64,000 nucleotides of DNA from positions 40,449-104,448 of the IMG/VR virus record IMGVR_UViG_3300046474_000239; one strand, 5' to 3'. Below the pieces are notes generated by a model that saw only the letters and a list, made by a program, of their open reading frames with translations, was not told where the DNA came from and did not search any database. Positions 48,370 to 56,411 of the stretch are shown in pieces (the first letter of the stretch is position 1; every line of letters starts with the position of its first letter). The stretch is from a virus. The position numbers and the translations under genes were made by a program.

Positions 48370-48650
48370 CAGTATTCGCCCTCCCAATGGTCGGATGCAC
48401 CACTAAGCCGGTGCCCGCACCCAACGAGTACGAGGTCGCGATCAAGAGCCTGGACAAGGCATGGCTGGTCGAATGTCGGGGGCTAGGTGACCGGCCCGAT
48501 GGACAGGTAGGCAGCCTGCTCCAGGACTTCACCGACCTCAGTGCAGTTGCAGCGCCTTGCCGGGCGGATCACAATGCCTTGGTCAAATACCTGGCCCCTC
48601 TCATGAAGAAGGCCGCAGCCGAGGACACATCCAATGACGTACCAGATTAA
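48339..48650 (+). CDS. outer-membrane spanin lipoprotein (Rz1-like)
   Basis: signal peptide + lipobox MVGC; two further Cys. Confidence 0.65.
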   Translation: MGRRTITYALAVFALPMVGCTTKPVPAPNEYEVAIKSLDKAWLVECRGLGDRPDGQVGSLLQDFTDLSAVAAPCRADHNALVKYLAPLMKKAAAEDTSNDVPD

Positions 48651-48894
48651 AGCCGTAGTCGTGAAGGGTGGGGAGACCTCTACGATCCAGGTAGCGGAGC
48701 GTCACCTCTCTCCACGCGAGATCATCCAGATCATGGAGCAGAAGAAGCTGGACTTGGGTTACGACTACGTCATGGACATCTACATGATGCAAGGATGGGT
48801 GGCCCAGCCAGGCTGGACAGGCACCGCCGAGGTGGACGCAGTAGCAGTAATGAAGGCGCTACAAACCGACCTGCCCGGATTAGTCCGCCGCTAA
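48634..48894 (+). CDS. hypothetical protein
   Basis: GAGGA RBS; ends before terminator. Confidence 0.55.
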   Translation: MTYQIKAVVVKGGETSTIQVAERHLSPREIIQIMEQKKLDLGYDYVMDIYMMQGWVAQPGWTGTAEVDAVAVMKALQTDLPGLVRR

Positions 48895-48908
48895 CCGGCC
48901 AAACAGAG

Positions 48909-48932
48909 ACCCGCTTCGGCGGGTTTTCTTTT
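48909..48932 (+). terminator. rho-independent terminator ending lysis module
   Basis: ACCCGC-TTCG-GCGGGT-TTTCTTTT. Confidence 0.85.
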
Positions 48933-48943
48933 GTCCAGTGTTT

Positions 48944-48971
48944 TTGATTAATCTTACAATTTTGATATTAT
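48944..48971 (+). promoter_or_regulatory. sigma70-like promoter of the AAA operon
   Basis: TTGATT(48944-49)-16 bp-TATTAT(48966-71) with extended TG; AT-rich. Confidence 0.6.
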
Positions 48972-48984
48972 AGGGATGTCGTCG

Positions 48985-48998
48985 TGCAATTGATTGCA
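48985..48998. repeat. 14-bp motif copy 16 (TGCAATTGATTGCA)
   Basis: exact, just downstream of predicted TSS (operator-like position). Confidence 0.95.
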
Positions 48999-49057
48999 CC
49001 GACCTGGTCTTTAAAGACTGAGCCTTTCCGGCTCCAACCAAGCTCAAGGAAAACAAC

Positions 49058-50755
49058 ATGACCACACCAGCAGTCTCCACCCTCGGCACGTCCGAGCAGC
49101 AACTAATGGACAGCGTGTACAAGCTCTCGGATGCCGGGGGTTCGATTATCCAGATCCGTTCGCGGGAGGTTCCGCGTACCTTGACGACCCTGCGCAAATC
49201 CATCCTGGCGGACGACACCAACGTCTACAAGGAATGGGACCAGATCAACGGGTGGCGCAACATCTTCAGTCTGGAGAACTTCAGCGAGCACATCACGCCT
49301 GGCGACAGTCAGTTGGACTATGACACCGCAGTCCTGGCGCCGATGAACGATATGCGCAACGCGACCAGCGCGGTAAATGCGGACAGCGACAAGATGCACT
49401 ACTTCATCTATGTCGACTTCCACACCTTCATCGAAGGCAACCCACGGATCATTGCCGCGATGCAGCAGTACGCCGCAGTCCTGCCCGCTCGTAACGTCTG
49501 CATCATCCTGCTCACGCCGGAGGTCAACTTGAGCGACCTGCCACTGGGCACCGTCCTGTCCGTCGACGCACCTACCCCTACGGCTGAAGAGCTGGAAGGT
49601 TGCTTGCGCCGCCTGGTAGAAGCCAGCTCCGATGCCTGGCCCGAAGAGCTGGACATCAAGGACGCCGACTATCACCTGATCAGCCACCTCGGCCTGGGCA
49701 TGACACGCTACGAGTTCGAGACGTATGCATCCATCGCCATCGTCGAAGCGGGGCACAAGAAAGACCCAATGCTGACCGCCGAAGACCTGGTTCACGGCAT
49801 CAGCGTGGGTAAGACCGAGGTCGTGAAACAGTCCGACATCCTGGAGCTGTTCCACACCGAGGACATGAGCGAAGTGGGCGGCATGCAGCGCTTGAAGGAC
49901 TGGATCAACAACCGGGCGGACGCCTTCAGCGACGAGGCCCAAGAGTTCGGCGTGGAAGCACCGAAGGGTATTGCTATCGTCGGCGTGCCAGGCACCGGTA
50001 AGTCCCTCGTAGCCAAGGCCATCGCCAGCGCCCTGAACGCCCCACTCCTGCGCCTCGACTTCGGCCGGGTCTTCAGCAAGTTCATCGGCGACTCCGAAAG
50101 CCGTATGCGCTCCGCCTTGAAGATGGTTGAGTCCATGGGCCACCTGGTTCTGTTCGCGGACGAGATCGACAAGGGTCTGGGCGGTATTGGCCAGGGCGGC
50201 GGCGACAGCGGCACCAGCTCCCGCGTACTGGGTGCGTTCCTCACCTGGATGCAGGAGAACAAGTCCAAGGTCTTCGTTATCGTGACCGCCAACCGTATCG
50301 ACGGCCTGCCGCCTGAGCTGTTCCGCAAGGGCCGCCTGGACCAAGTCTTCTCGGTAGGCCTGCCGTCACCGGCCGAGCGCGTCGAAGTCCTGGAAGTGCA
50401 CTTGCGCAAACGCGGGCGGGACATCAATGACTTCACCGACAAGGAAGTCAATGCGTTCAAGGCCGCCAGCGAAGGCCGGGTGCCCGCAGAGATCGAAGCA
50501 TCTGTAAAGGATGGCCTGGTCTCCGCGTTCAACGATGACGATGCACAGGACCTGGAGATGCACCACATCATCGACGCGCTCGAAGAGTCGGTGCCTATGT
50601 CCAAGTCTCACGCTACCGCCATCAATGCCATGGTCGAATGGGCTCGCGACAATGCCACGCCCGTCAACTACGAAGACGTGCCGGTAGTACCAAAGTCCGC
50701 TGGCCCAGGCGGGGAACCAGTACGCCGCAGCGTAGTACGTCCACGCCGAGTCTGA
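49058..50755 (+). CDS. Ycf46-like AAA+ ATPase
   Basis: VGGMQRLKDW, PKGIAIVGVPGTGKS (Walker A), LRLDFG, VLFADEIDKG (Walker B), GDSGTSSRV.G.FLTWMQE, TANRIDGLPPELFRKGRLD; degenerate N-terminal AAA domain. Confidence 0.88.
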   Translation: MTTPAVSTLGTSEQQLMDSVYKLSDAGGSIIQIRSREVPRTLTTLRKSILADDTNVYKEWDQINGWRNIFSLENFSEHITPGDSQLDYDTAVLAPMNDMRNATSAVNADSDKMHYFIYVDFHTFIEGNPRIIAAMQQYAAVLPARNVCIILLTPEVNLSDLPLGTVLSVDAPTPTAEELEGCLRRLVEASSDAWPEELDIKDADYHLISHLGLGMTRYEFETYASIAIVEAGHKKDPMLTAEDLVHGISVGKTEVVKQSDILELFHTEDMSEVGGMQRLKDWINNRADAFSDEAQEFGVEAPKGIAIVGVPGTGKSLVAKAIASALNAPLLRLDFGRVFSKFIGDSESRMRSALKMVESMGHLVLFADEIDKGLGGIGQGGGDSGTSSRVLGAFLTWMQENKSKVFVIVTANRIDGLPPELFRKGRLDQVFSVGLPSPAERVEVLEVHLRKRGRDINDFTDKEVNAFKAASEGRVPAEIEASVKDGLVSAFNDDDAQDLEMHHIIDALEESVPMSKSHATAINAMVEWARDNATPVNYEDVPVVPKSAGPGGEPVRRSVVRPRRV

Positions 50756-50765
50756 GGAGAGCGCC

Positions 50766-51386
50766 ATGAGCGACGGCACACAACGGGTCAGCCTGACCTA
50801 CGGGAAAGTCAACCTGAAGAACTCCAGCCTTACGCTGGCCAGCCTTCGGATTACGGCCCCGTTCAAACGTGAATCGGCTGCTAACACCGGCCGAGCCGAA
50901 CAATACTCGAAGGAGTACATCCAGAGCACCCGCTACCGTGACATCGGCGGCGGCTTCACCAGGCAGCGCGTGATTCACCCTTCGGGGACATTGCTGAGCG
51001 TGCAGGCGACGAAGACCAAGAACGGCGTTCTCAACGCAGAAGCGGTGATCCTGCTCCGGCTGCGCACAGGGGCGGACATGCTCTCGATCAACATCAAGCT
51101 GCCAACCAGCCCAGACAGCCTCCTGGGGGATACCCTCCAGGCGTTTGTCGGGGAGGCAGACATCATTAGCTGGGAAGAGCTGCGGATCCTGGGCATCGAC
51201 TGCCCGAAGTCCTACCAGAACCGCTACGGTAACGAAGACGAGATAGACGAGCTGCTGGAGGTCAACGTGGTCCGCAGGGGCAACATCAGCAAACCACAGC
51301 TCGTAGCCGTCTCCACGTCGGAAGGCACCGTGGTCCGGGCGGTGGGTACTGAGGCGGTTCGCCGCGTCAAGATAAGGAGGCACTGA
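50766..51386 (+). CDS. hypothetical protein
   Basis: GAGGAG RBS; ends RRVKIRRH. Confidence 0.65.
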   Translation: MSDGTQRVSLTYGKVNLKNSSLTLASLRITAPFKRESAANTGRAEQYSKEYIQSTRYRDIGGGFTRQRVIHPSGTLLSVQATKTKNGVLNAEAVILLRLRTGADMLSINIKLPTSPDSLLGDTLQAFVGEADIISWEELRILGIDCPKSYQNRYGNEDEIDELLEVNVVRRGNISKPQLVAVSTSEGTVVRAVGTEAVRRVKIRRH

Positions 51387-51387
51387 C

Positions 51388-52371
51388 ATGTCGAACGACG
51401 ACGACGACGAGATAAGGGGTACTGCGGACTTTCCTACGCTGAGTGCCCAGGTGGCCCAGGCGCTGCTCGACGACCCGCCGCCGCCAAACCCTGCGCTTAT
51501 GCGTCTGCTATCCACTGAGCGGAGCGGTAGACAACCAGACCCGCCGAACTACCAGTCAATGCCGGACCCCGGACAGTCACCCTTCGATAGAGCGTTCGTG
51601 GAAGTGCGTAGGGCGACGGAGAACATTGCGCTGGGGTTAGCTGGCGTAGGGCGGGCCACCTACGCTCAGCGTATCAACGAGATGGCCCGCAGGGTGGACC
51701 CACGGCTGAACGAGTTCCGCATGACTCTGCCGGGCGGGGTCATCCAGTCAGTTCAGATGGAGCGGGTGGTAGCCCAGGCTAGGTACGACTACCACCATGT
51801 AGAACACACCATGGTGAGCCTGGGCAACCCGTTCAACGGGTCGATGGGCCAGGAGATCTTCAACCGGATACAAGTCGCCACGGGAGGAAACAGGGAGCTG
51901 CTCCAGTTAATGCCCGCTATCCTAAACCAGTTCCAGGGCGCACAAGGTTCCACCGCTCGCGACCAGATGGTACTGGCGACCTGCATAATGCTCCTGGTCG
52001 AGGATGACGCTTGGCACGACTCCGGGATGAACAACGTCACCGGGTACGAGTTCCAGGTGGATCGAGACATCAGGACCATGGAGCACCACCTCGTCATGCA
52101 CGGGCGGAGGGCGGTCGACACTGCCCAGCAGCTCATGAATGCGAGTGGCCCGGCACGCAATGCGGCCAGCACCTACACCGAGTCACTGCGGCCGTCGCGT
52201 CCAACGGAGAAGAAAGCCCCAGAGTTGCCTAAAGCGCCAACCGGCCGCAGGCTGCGACTGGGTAAGGCAGTAAGCAACGTAGAACCAGGGGATGTCAGTG
52301 TCCCTACACAACCCTCGTCCGATGGGCGAGAATCGACTCGTAAGGTAAATCTCCGCAAGCGGCGGACCTAA
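51388..52371 (+). CDS. hypothetical protein with Arg-rich C-terminus
   Basis: AAGGAGG RBS. Confidence 0.6.
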   Translation: MSNDDDDEIRGTADFPTLSAQVAQALLDDPPPPNPALMRLLSTERSGRQPDPPNYQSMPDPGQSPFDRAFVEVRRATENIALGLAGVGRATYAQRINEMARRVDPRLNEFRMTLPGGVIQSVQMERVVAQARYDYHHVEHTMVSLGNPFNGSMGQEIFNRIQVATGGNRELLQLMPAILNQFQGAQGSTARDQMVLATCIMLLVEDDAWHDSGMNNVTGYEFQVDRDIRTMEHHLVMHGRRAVDTAQQLMNASGPARNAASTYTESLRPSRPTEKKAPELPKAPTGRRLRLGKAVSNVEPGDVSVPTQPSSDGRESTRKVNLRKRRT

Positions 52372-52378
52372 ATCAAAG

Positions 52379-52392
52379 TGCAATCAATTGCA
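52379..52392. repeat. 14-bp motif copy 17 (TGCAATCAATTGCA)
   Basis: exact, just before GGAGG RBS of the DUF1257 gene. Confidence 0.95.
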
Positions 52393-52404
52393 CGGGAGGA
52401 AGAT

Positions 52405-52848
52405 GTGTCTCACACCAGCGCAGTCAAAGCCATCGCAATCAGCTCCATTGAGTCCCTGCAAGCTGCGATCACCGAGCTGAACAGCATGGGCGTAAAGTGC
52501 AGCCTGATCGCCAACGCCAAACCTCGTGCCTACTTCCAGAACCAGGAAGGCATGGGTCAAGCCGACTTCGTAATCAAGCTGGATGACAGCCGTTACGACG
52601 TAGGCCTGTACAAGACTCCCTCGGGCGGTTACGAGGCTCGCACCGACTGGTTCGGCCAGGACGTGGAGAAGATCCTCGGCACCAAGAACTACAACAAGGG
52701 CAACCAGGAGCAGGCCAAGCTGGGCAAGTTGTTCCAGATGTATGGCGTGCACGCGGCGATGAACGAAGCCCGCCGCAAGGGGCTCCAGGCTACCCGCCAG
52801 AAAGGCGCGGACGGCAAGGAACAAGTGATAATTACGGGCTACCGCTAA
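52405..52848 (+). CDS. DUF1257 (Ycf35-like) domain protein
   Basis: GTG start; MSHTSAVK....ESLQAA..EL, ADFVI, YDVGL.....GGY....DW, L.Q.Y.......EARRKG. Confidence 0.75.
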   Translation: MSHTSAVKAIAISSIESLQAAITELNSMGVKCSLIANAKPRAYFQNQEGMGQADFVIKLDDSRYDVGLYKTPSGGYEARTDWFGQDVEKILGTKNYNKGNQEQAKLGKLFQMYGVHAAMNEARRKGLQATRQKGADGKEQVIITGYR

Positions 52849-52891
52849 CAGTCGGTAGAAACTCCCCACCCACAACCAGTAGGACACCATC

Positions 52892-53092
52892 ATGCAGAAG
52901 CGAGTAGTTGTCACCGTGGACCCGGACGGGACCACCTCCATCGACGCCCAGAACTTCAAGGGCAAAGGCTGCCAAGATGCGACCGAGCAAGTTGCCCTGG
53001 CCTTGGGCGGCGTAACCCGCGATAAGTCGGATGACCGTAAAAAGCCCGATTACTTCGCGACCAACCCCGGCACCAACACCCTGAAGGGCTAA
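52892..53092 (+). CDS. DUF2997 domain protein
   Basis: VTVDPDGTTSIDAQNFKGKGCQDATEQVALALG......KKPDYF. Confidence 0.8.
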   Translation: MQKRVVVTVDPDGTTSIDAQNFKGKGCQDATEQVALALGGVTRDKSDDRKKPDYFATNPGTNTLKG

Positions 53093-53096
53093 GGCC

Positions 53097-53492
53097 ATGA
53101 AGGACGAGAAGGAGATGGACATGGGAATGCTATCGAACAACCTCGACAAACCGCAGGATGCTTTGGTGATCACGTTCGATGAATTCGGCGCGGCCGAGTC
53201 ATTGCACATTGATCAATTCGACCTGGGGTTCCTGGGGAGCAAGAAGATCACGCGAGCTACGGACATCCTGTTTGACGAGGCTTCGCAGTCCTGGACCATC
53301 TACCTTCTCACTGAAGGTAAAGACCCAACCTTGCCCTGGAAGGGGTGCAAGGGTCTGCCGACCTACGAGGTCGCACGGTCTGTCGAAGTGGCCTGGCTGA
53401 ACCTCTGCCGAGTCAACGACGCGGACCCGAAGAGCGATACAGGGCATGTGTATTTGAACCAAGCTCGGAAGGTTAACGGTCTCGCAATTTGA
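53097..53492 (+). CDS. hypothetical protein resembling partners of Ycf46/DUF1257/DUF2997 operons
   Basis: ITFD..G....L....DL..LG...ITRA....F......W....A...EVAWL. Confidence 0.6.
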   Translation: MKDEKEMDMGMLSNNLDKPQDALVITFDEFGAAESLHIDQFDLGFLGSKKITRATDILFDEASQSWTIYLLTEGKDPTLPWKGCKGLPTYEVARSVEVAWLNLCRVNDADPKSDTGHVYLNQARKVNGLAI

Positions 53493-53508
53493 CACTTTCC
53501 CACCTTAT

Positions 53509-53529
53509 GCCCTCCTCGGAGGGCTTTTT
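53509..53529 (+). terminator. rho-independent terminator ending the AAA operon
   Basis: GCCCTC-CTCG-GAGGGC-TTTTT. Confidence 0.8.
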
Positions 53530-53543
53530 ATTAACTGGAGTAC

Positions 53544-53584
53544 ATCTTACCAAAATTGACCCACCCCGGTCAAAAAGGTAAGAT
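53544..53584. promoter_or_regulatory. palindromic sigma70-like promoter/operator of the replication operon
   Basis: TTGACC(53556-61)-17 bp-TAAGAT(53579-84); mirror image on minus strand. Confidence 0.7.
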
Positions 53585-53613
53585 AGACTCACCAACGAGA
53601 GGAGGTACAAGCA

Positions 53614-53961
53614 ATGCAGACGTTCAGCGAAGTAGAAGCGGGCAAGGCCCTCACCAGGCTCGCCCAGCGCAAGCTGCGAGACACCACCATCAAGCCGACA
53701 GCGGTATGCCTGTTCGCCTGGCTGGCAGCCGAAGCGGCCCGCGAAAACATCAACCCGGTGCAAACCACCATCAGTGACATGTTCTTCGGATTCACCGCTC
53801 GCGGCGACGGCGAGGAAGTAGAGATCTGCCGGGTGGGTATGTCGATCAACACAATCAAGGCCTGCCTGGAGAACCTGGAAGATACGGGCTTCATTGCCAC
53901 CGACCGTATCGCCAGCACTCGTGGACAGAAGATCAATGTAGAGATCGTCATCGGGGCGTAA
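53614..53961 (+). CDS. winged helix-turn-helix DNA-binding protein
   Basis: VGMSINTIKACLENLEDTGFI + wing; GGAGG RBS. Confidence 0.65.
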   Translation: MQTFSEVEAGKALTRLAQRKLRDTTIKPTAVCLFAWLAAEAARENINPVQTTISDMFFGFTARGDGEEVEICRVGMSINTIKACLENLEDTGFIATDRIASTRGQKINVEIVIGA

Positions 53962-53964
53962 GCC

Positions 53965-54495
53965 ATGAAAATAGTGCAACAGCCTTTGGTCCCACGGGAG
54001 GAGTTTGCGGAGGCCTACCGAAAGCTGAAGCTATGGTGGGGTATGCGCCATATCGAGGAAGAGGCGTACATCCTGGGAGTGCACCTGCTAGCCAAGATGG
54101 TTCGCCAGGACAGCAAGGAAATATCGGCCACCTGGGCAGAGTTCCAGAACGAGGTAGTCGTTCGCGGTGATGAGGTGGTAGCTGGACCACTGCATGGGGT
54201 GGAGTTCCTCTTTCTCGGGGCGGTGCAGCAACTACACACCACCGTGGGGATATTCAGCCACATCAGCCAGGAAGGCATGGAGCGAAGCCTGTTAGAAGCC
54301 AGAGAGCACAACTTCATCAGCCAGCACTTCACCAAGTCGCCGGGCCAGGAAGAAGACCTGCTAGGGCCACACACCCCTATGCTGTTCGTCTTGGTGCCTT
54401 GGGCGGGGTACGACCCAGACAAGACCTGGAGCACCTACGCAGACGGGGGGCATGTACGCAAACTGCCCGCGTGGATCAACAAAACAAAAGGGTGA
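53965..54495 (+). CDS. hypothetical protein
   Basis: packed ORF in replication operon. Confidence 0.55.
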   Translation: MKIVQQPLVPREEFAEAYRKLKLWWGMRHIEEEAYILGVHLLAKMVRQDSKEISATWAEFQNEVVVRGDEVVAGPLHGVEFLFLGAVQQLHTTVGIFSHISQEGMERSLLEAREHNFISQHFTKSPGQEEDLLGPHTPMLFVLVPWAGYDPDKTWSTYADGGHVRKLPAWINKTKG

Positions 54496-54499
54496 TTCC

Positions 54500-55849
54500 A
54501 TGCAACACACTCACGCGCACGTCGCGTTGAGCGCACTACGGCAAAGCCTGACCCAGAAGGACGACCTCTACTTTGTTGCATGGGTAAAAGTGAACTCCGT
54601 TTTAGGGAAGTTTTGGCCAGAGCGGTTCAGCGCAAGTGAGTATCTTGTTCTACTTTTCATAGTGAGCAGGACACTGATGTTCAGGAAGAAGGCGGAAGTA
54701 ATAACCAAAAAACACTTCGCAGAGGGTGTAACGTCCAGCAGAAGTGTCACCTGTTCTGGGTGTGGGGTAGGAGAAACAGCGCTGAAGAAGGCCTTAAAGA
54801 GGTTGTGCGATGAAGATTTCCTTCACGTTCACAGCTTTAAGGAGGGTAATACAGAGACCGTACCAAGGATTTACGAGCTGAATTTCGTCAAAATCCTAGA
54901 CGGATACGACACGGACGAGGTGCACAACATGCTCAAACGAGGAAAATCCGCCGTACAAAACGACGCCAAAGAGGACGAAGATGACCCGTTTTTAGGGGGG
55001 TTACATGTAAGGGGGGAGGGGGGTCGCAATCGTGGGTACATAACAGAGGTATTACATACCTCTAATAAAGCATTAATAACTAATAAGTCCGCCGAGGCGG
55101 AGACGGGAGGAGAAGCAGTACTACGGGTGGGTAAACGTAGACGTACAGATGCAACTGATTGCACGGACAAACCCAAGCCTATCTCTGGTAATGCCAGGGA
55201 GCGGTTGGCACAGATGCAGGCTATGGCCGCAGGTAACCGGGCGAAGCGTCTTCACTCTGTTCGTGGGCTACCCGAGCGTCGATGGGACATCAAGGACCTA
55301 CAAGCGCTACTCGACGAAGCACGTACTCAGTGTGGCCTATCAGTACCGCGTGTGATGGCTACCGCGAAAGGCGCGGGCGTTCTGTTCAAGCGGATGAAAG
55401 CCGCAGAGATCAACGACTCCCTGGAGTTCTTCACCTGGGCCTTCACGCACTGGTCCACCGTGGCGAACGCCAACCGCCGCAGCAAGGCACGGCAGCTCAA
55501 GGATACGAAGACGGTGAACAGCGAGATGTCGCTTATCCCCAACTTCGCAGAACTGGCCTACCGCTTCCCTTACATCCTGGCCTTCTTCAACGACCGTAAG
55601 TTCGCTGAGGTGCAGGAAGAGGAGAAAGTCGAACGCCGGGTGCGGGCGGATGATCGCCGACACGAGGAGCAGCAGGTGGCTATCGAGCGCCGTCGCCAGC
55701 TAACCCGTGAAGAGGACCTTCGCAAACGCGATGCAGAGCAAGAACAACAAACGCGGTTCGTAGAACGCCGCCGCCGACCGCGCCCCGTGGTCGATGACGA
55801 CGAAGAAGATCCGGTCCCACAATTCCGCGAAAGAGAATGGAGAGGTTGA
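54500..55849 (+). CDS. replication initiator-like protein (lambda O-like N-terminal wHTH)
   Basis: VLLFIVSRTL.FRKK...IT..HF, GVGETALKKALKRL..EDFL; upstream of DnaC-like and DnaB genes. Confidence 0.6.
   Translation: MQHTHAHVALSALRQSLTQKDDLYFVAWVKVNSVLGKFWPERFSASEYLVLLFIVSRTLMFRKKAEVITKKHFAEGVTSSRSVTCSGCGVGETALKKALKRLCDEDFLHVHSFKEGNTETVPRIYELNFVKILDGYDTDEVHNMLKRGKSAVQNDAKEDEDDPFLGGLHVRGEGGRNRGYITEVLHTSNKALITNKSAEAETGGEAVLRVGKRRRTDATDCTDKPKPISGNARERLAQMQAMAAGNRAKRLHSVRGLPERRWDIKDLQALLDEARTQCGLSVPRVMATAKGAGVLFKRMKAAEINDSLEFFTWAFTHWSTVANANRRSKARQLKDTKTVNSEMSLIPNFAELAYRFPYILAFFNDRKFAEVQEEEKVERRVRADDRRHEEQQVAIERRRQLTREEDLRKRDAEQEQQTRFVERRRRPRPVVDDDEEDPVPQFREREWRG
55150..55163. repeat. 14-bp motif variant copy 18 (TGCAACTGATTGCA)
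   Basis: 1 mismatch, intragenic (ATDC). Confidence 0.8.
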
Positions 55850-55850
55850 T

Positions 55851-56408
55851 ATGAGTGCGACCACCGACAAATTCATGAAGGCAGGCATCCCACGTTCATG
55901 CTGGGGCATCAGCGCGGAGGGCACCGGGAGGGGCTCGATTAACACCTGGGCGCTGGGCATGAAGGAGCGGGCGGAGCAGAAGGGTGCGTTACTCAGCGCC
56001 TACGTGCACATGGGCGGCGAAGACCGTAAGGACCGGGCGCGTCATGTCCTCGGTATCGAGCACGTCGAACTACTCGCTCGCCAGGCTTGCGTCAATGGCC
56101 AATCGGTGAAGTTGGTCCCGTTCTACAAACTGGTACACAATCTGGATCACCCAGCACCCCAGGACGAAGCGGAAGACTATTCCCCGCTTGTATTAGTCCT
56201 GGCCGTGCCGTACGTCCCAACCCCCGACCAGGCTGCCTGCTCAGTCCACCAGTACGTGACAATCATTGATCACCTGCTTGAGCACATCTACGATGGGGGC
56301 GCCCTGATCATTGGGGGCAATCAAACGATCAGCAAACATCTCAAGAGCGGTTACCCCGCCGCCCTTGAGCGCATGCTCGTCGAGAACGCAGAACTGTTCG
56401 AGGTGTAA
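55851..56408 (+). CDS. DnaC/IstB-like helicase loader, degenerate
   Basis: N-terminal KAGIP, position between initiator and helicase; no intact Walker A. Confidence 0.45.
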   Translation: MSATTDKFMKAGIPRSCWGISAEGTGRGSINTWALGMKERAEQKGALLSAYVHMGGEDRKDRARHVLGIEHVELLARQACVNGQSVKLVPFYKLVHNLDHPAPQDEAEDYSPLVLVLAVPYVPTPDQAACSVHQYVTIIDHLLEHIYDGGALIIGGNQTISKHLKSGYPAALERMLVENAELFEV

Positions 56409-56411
56409 CGG

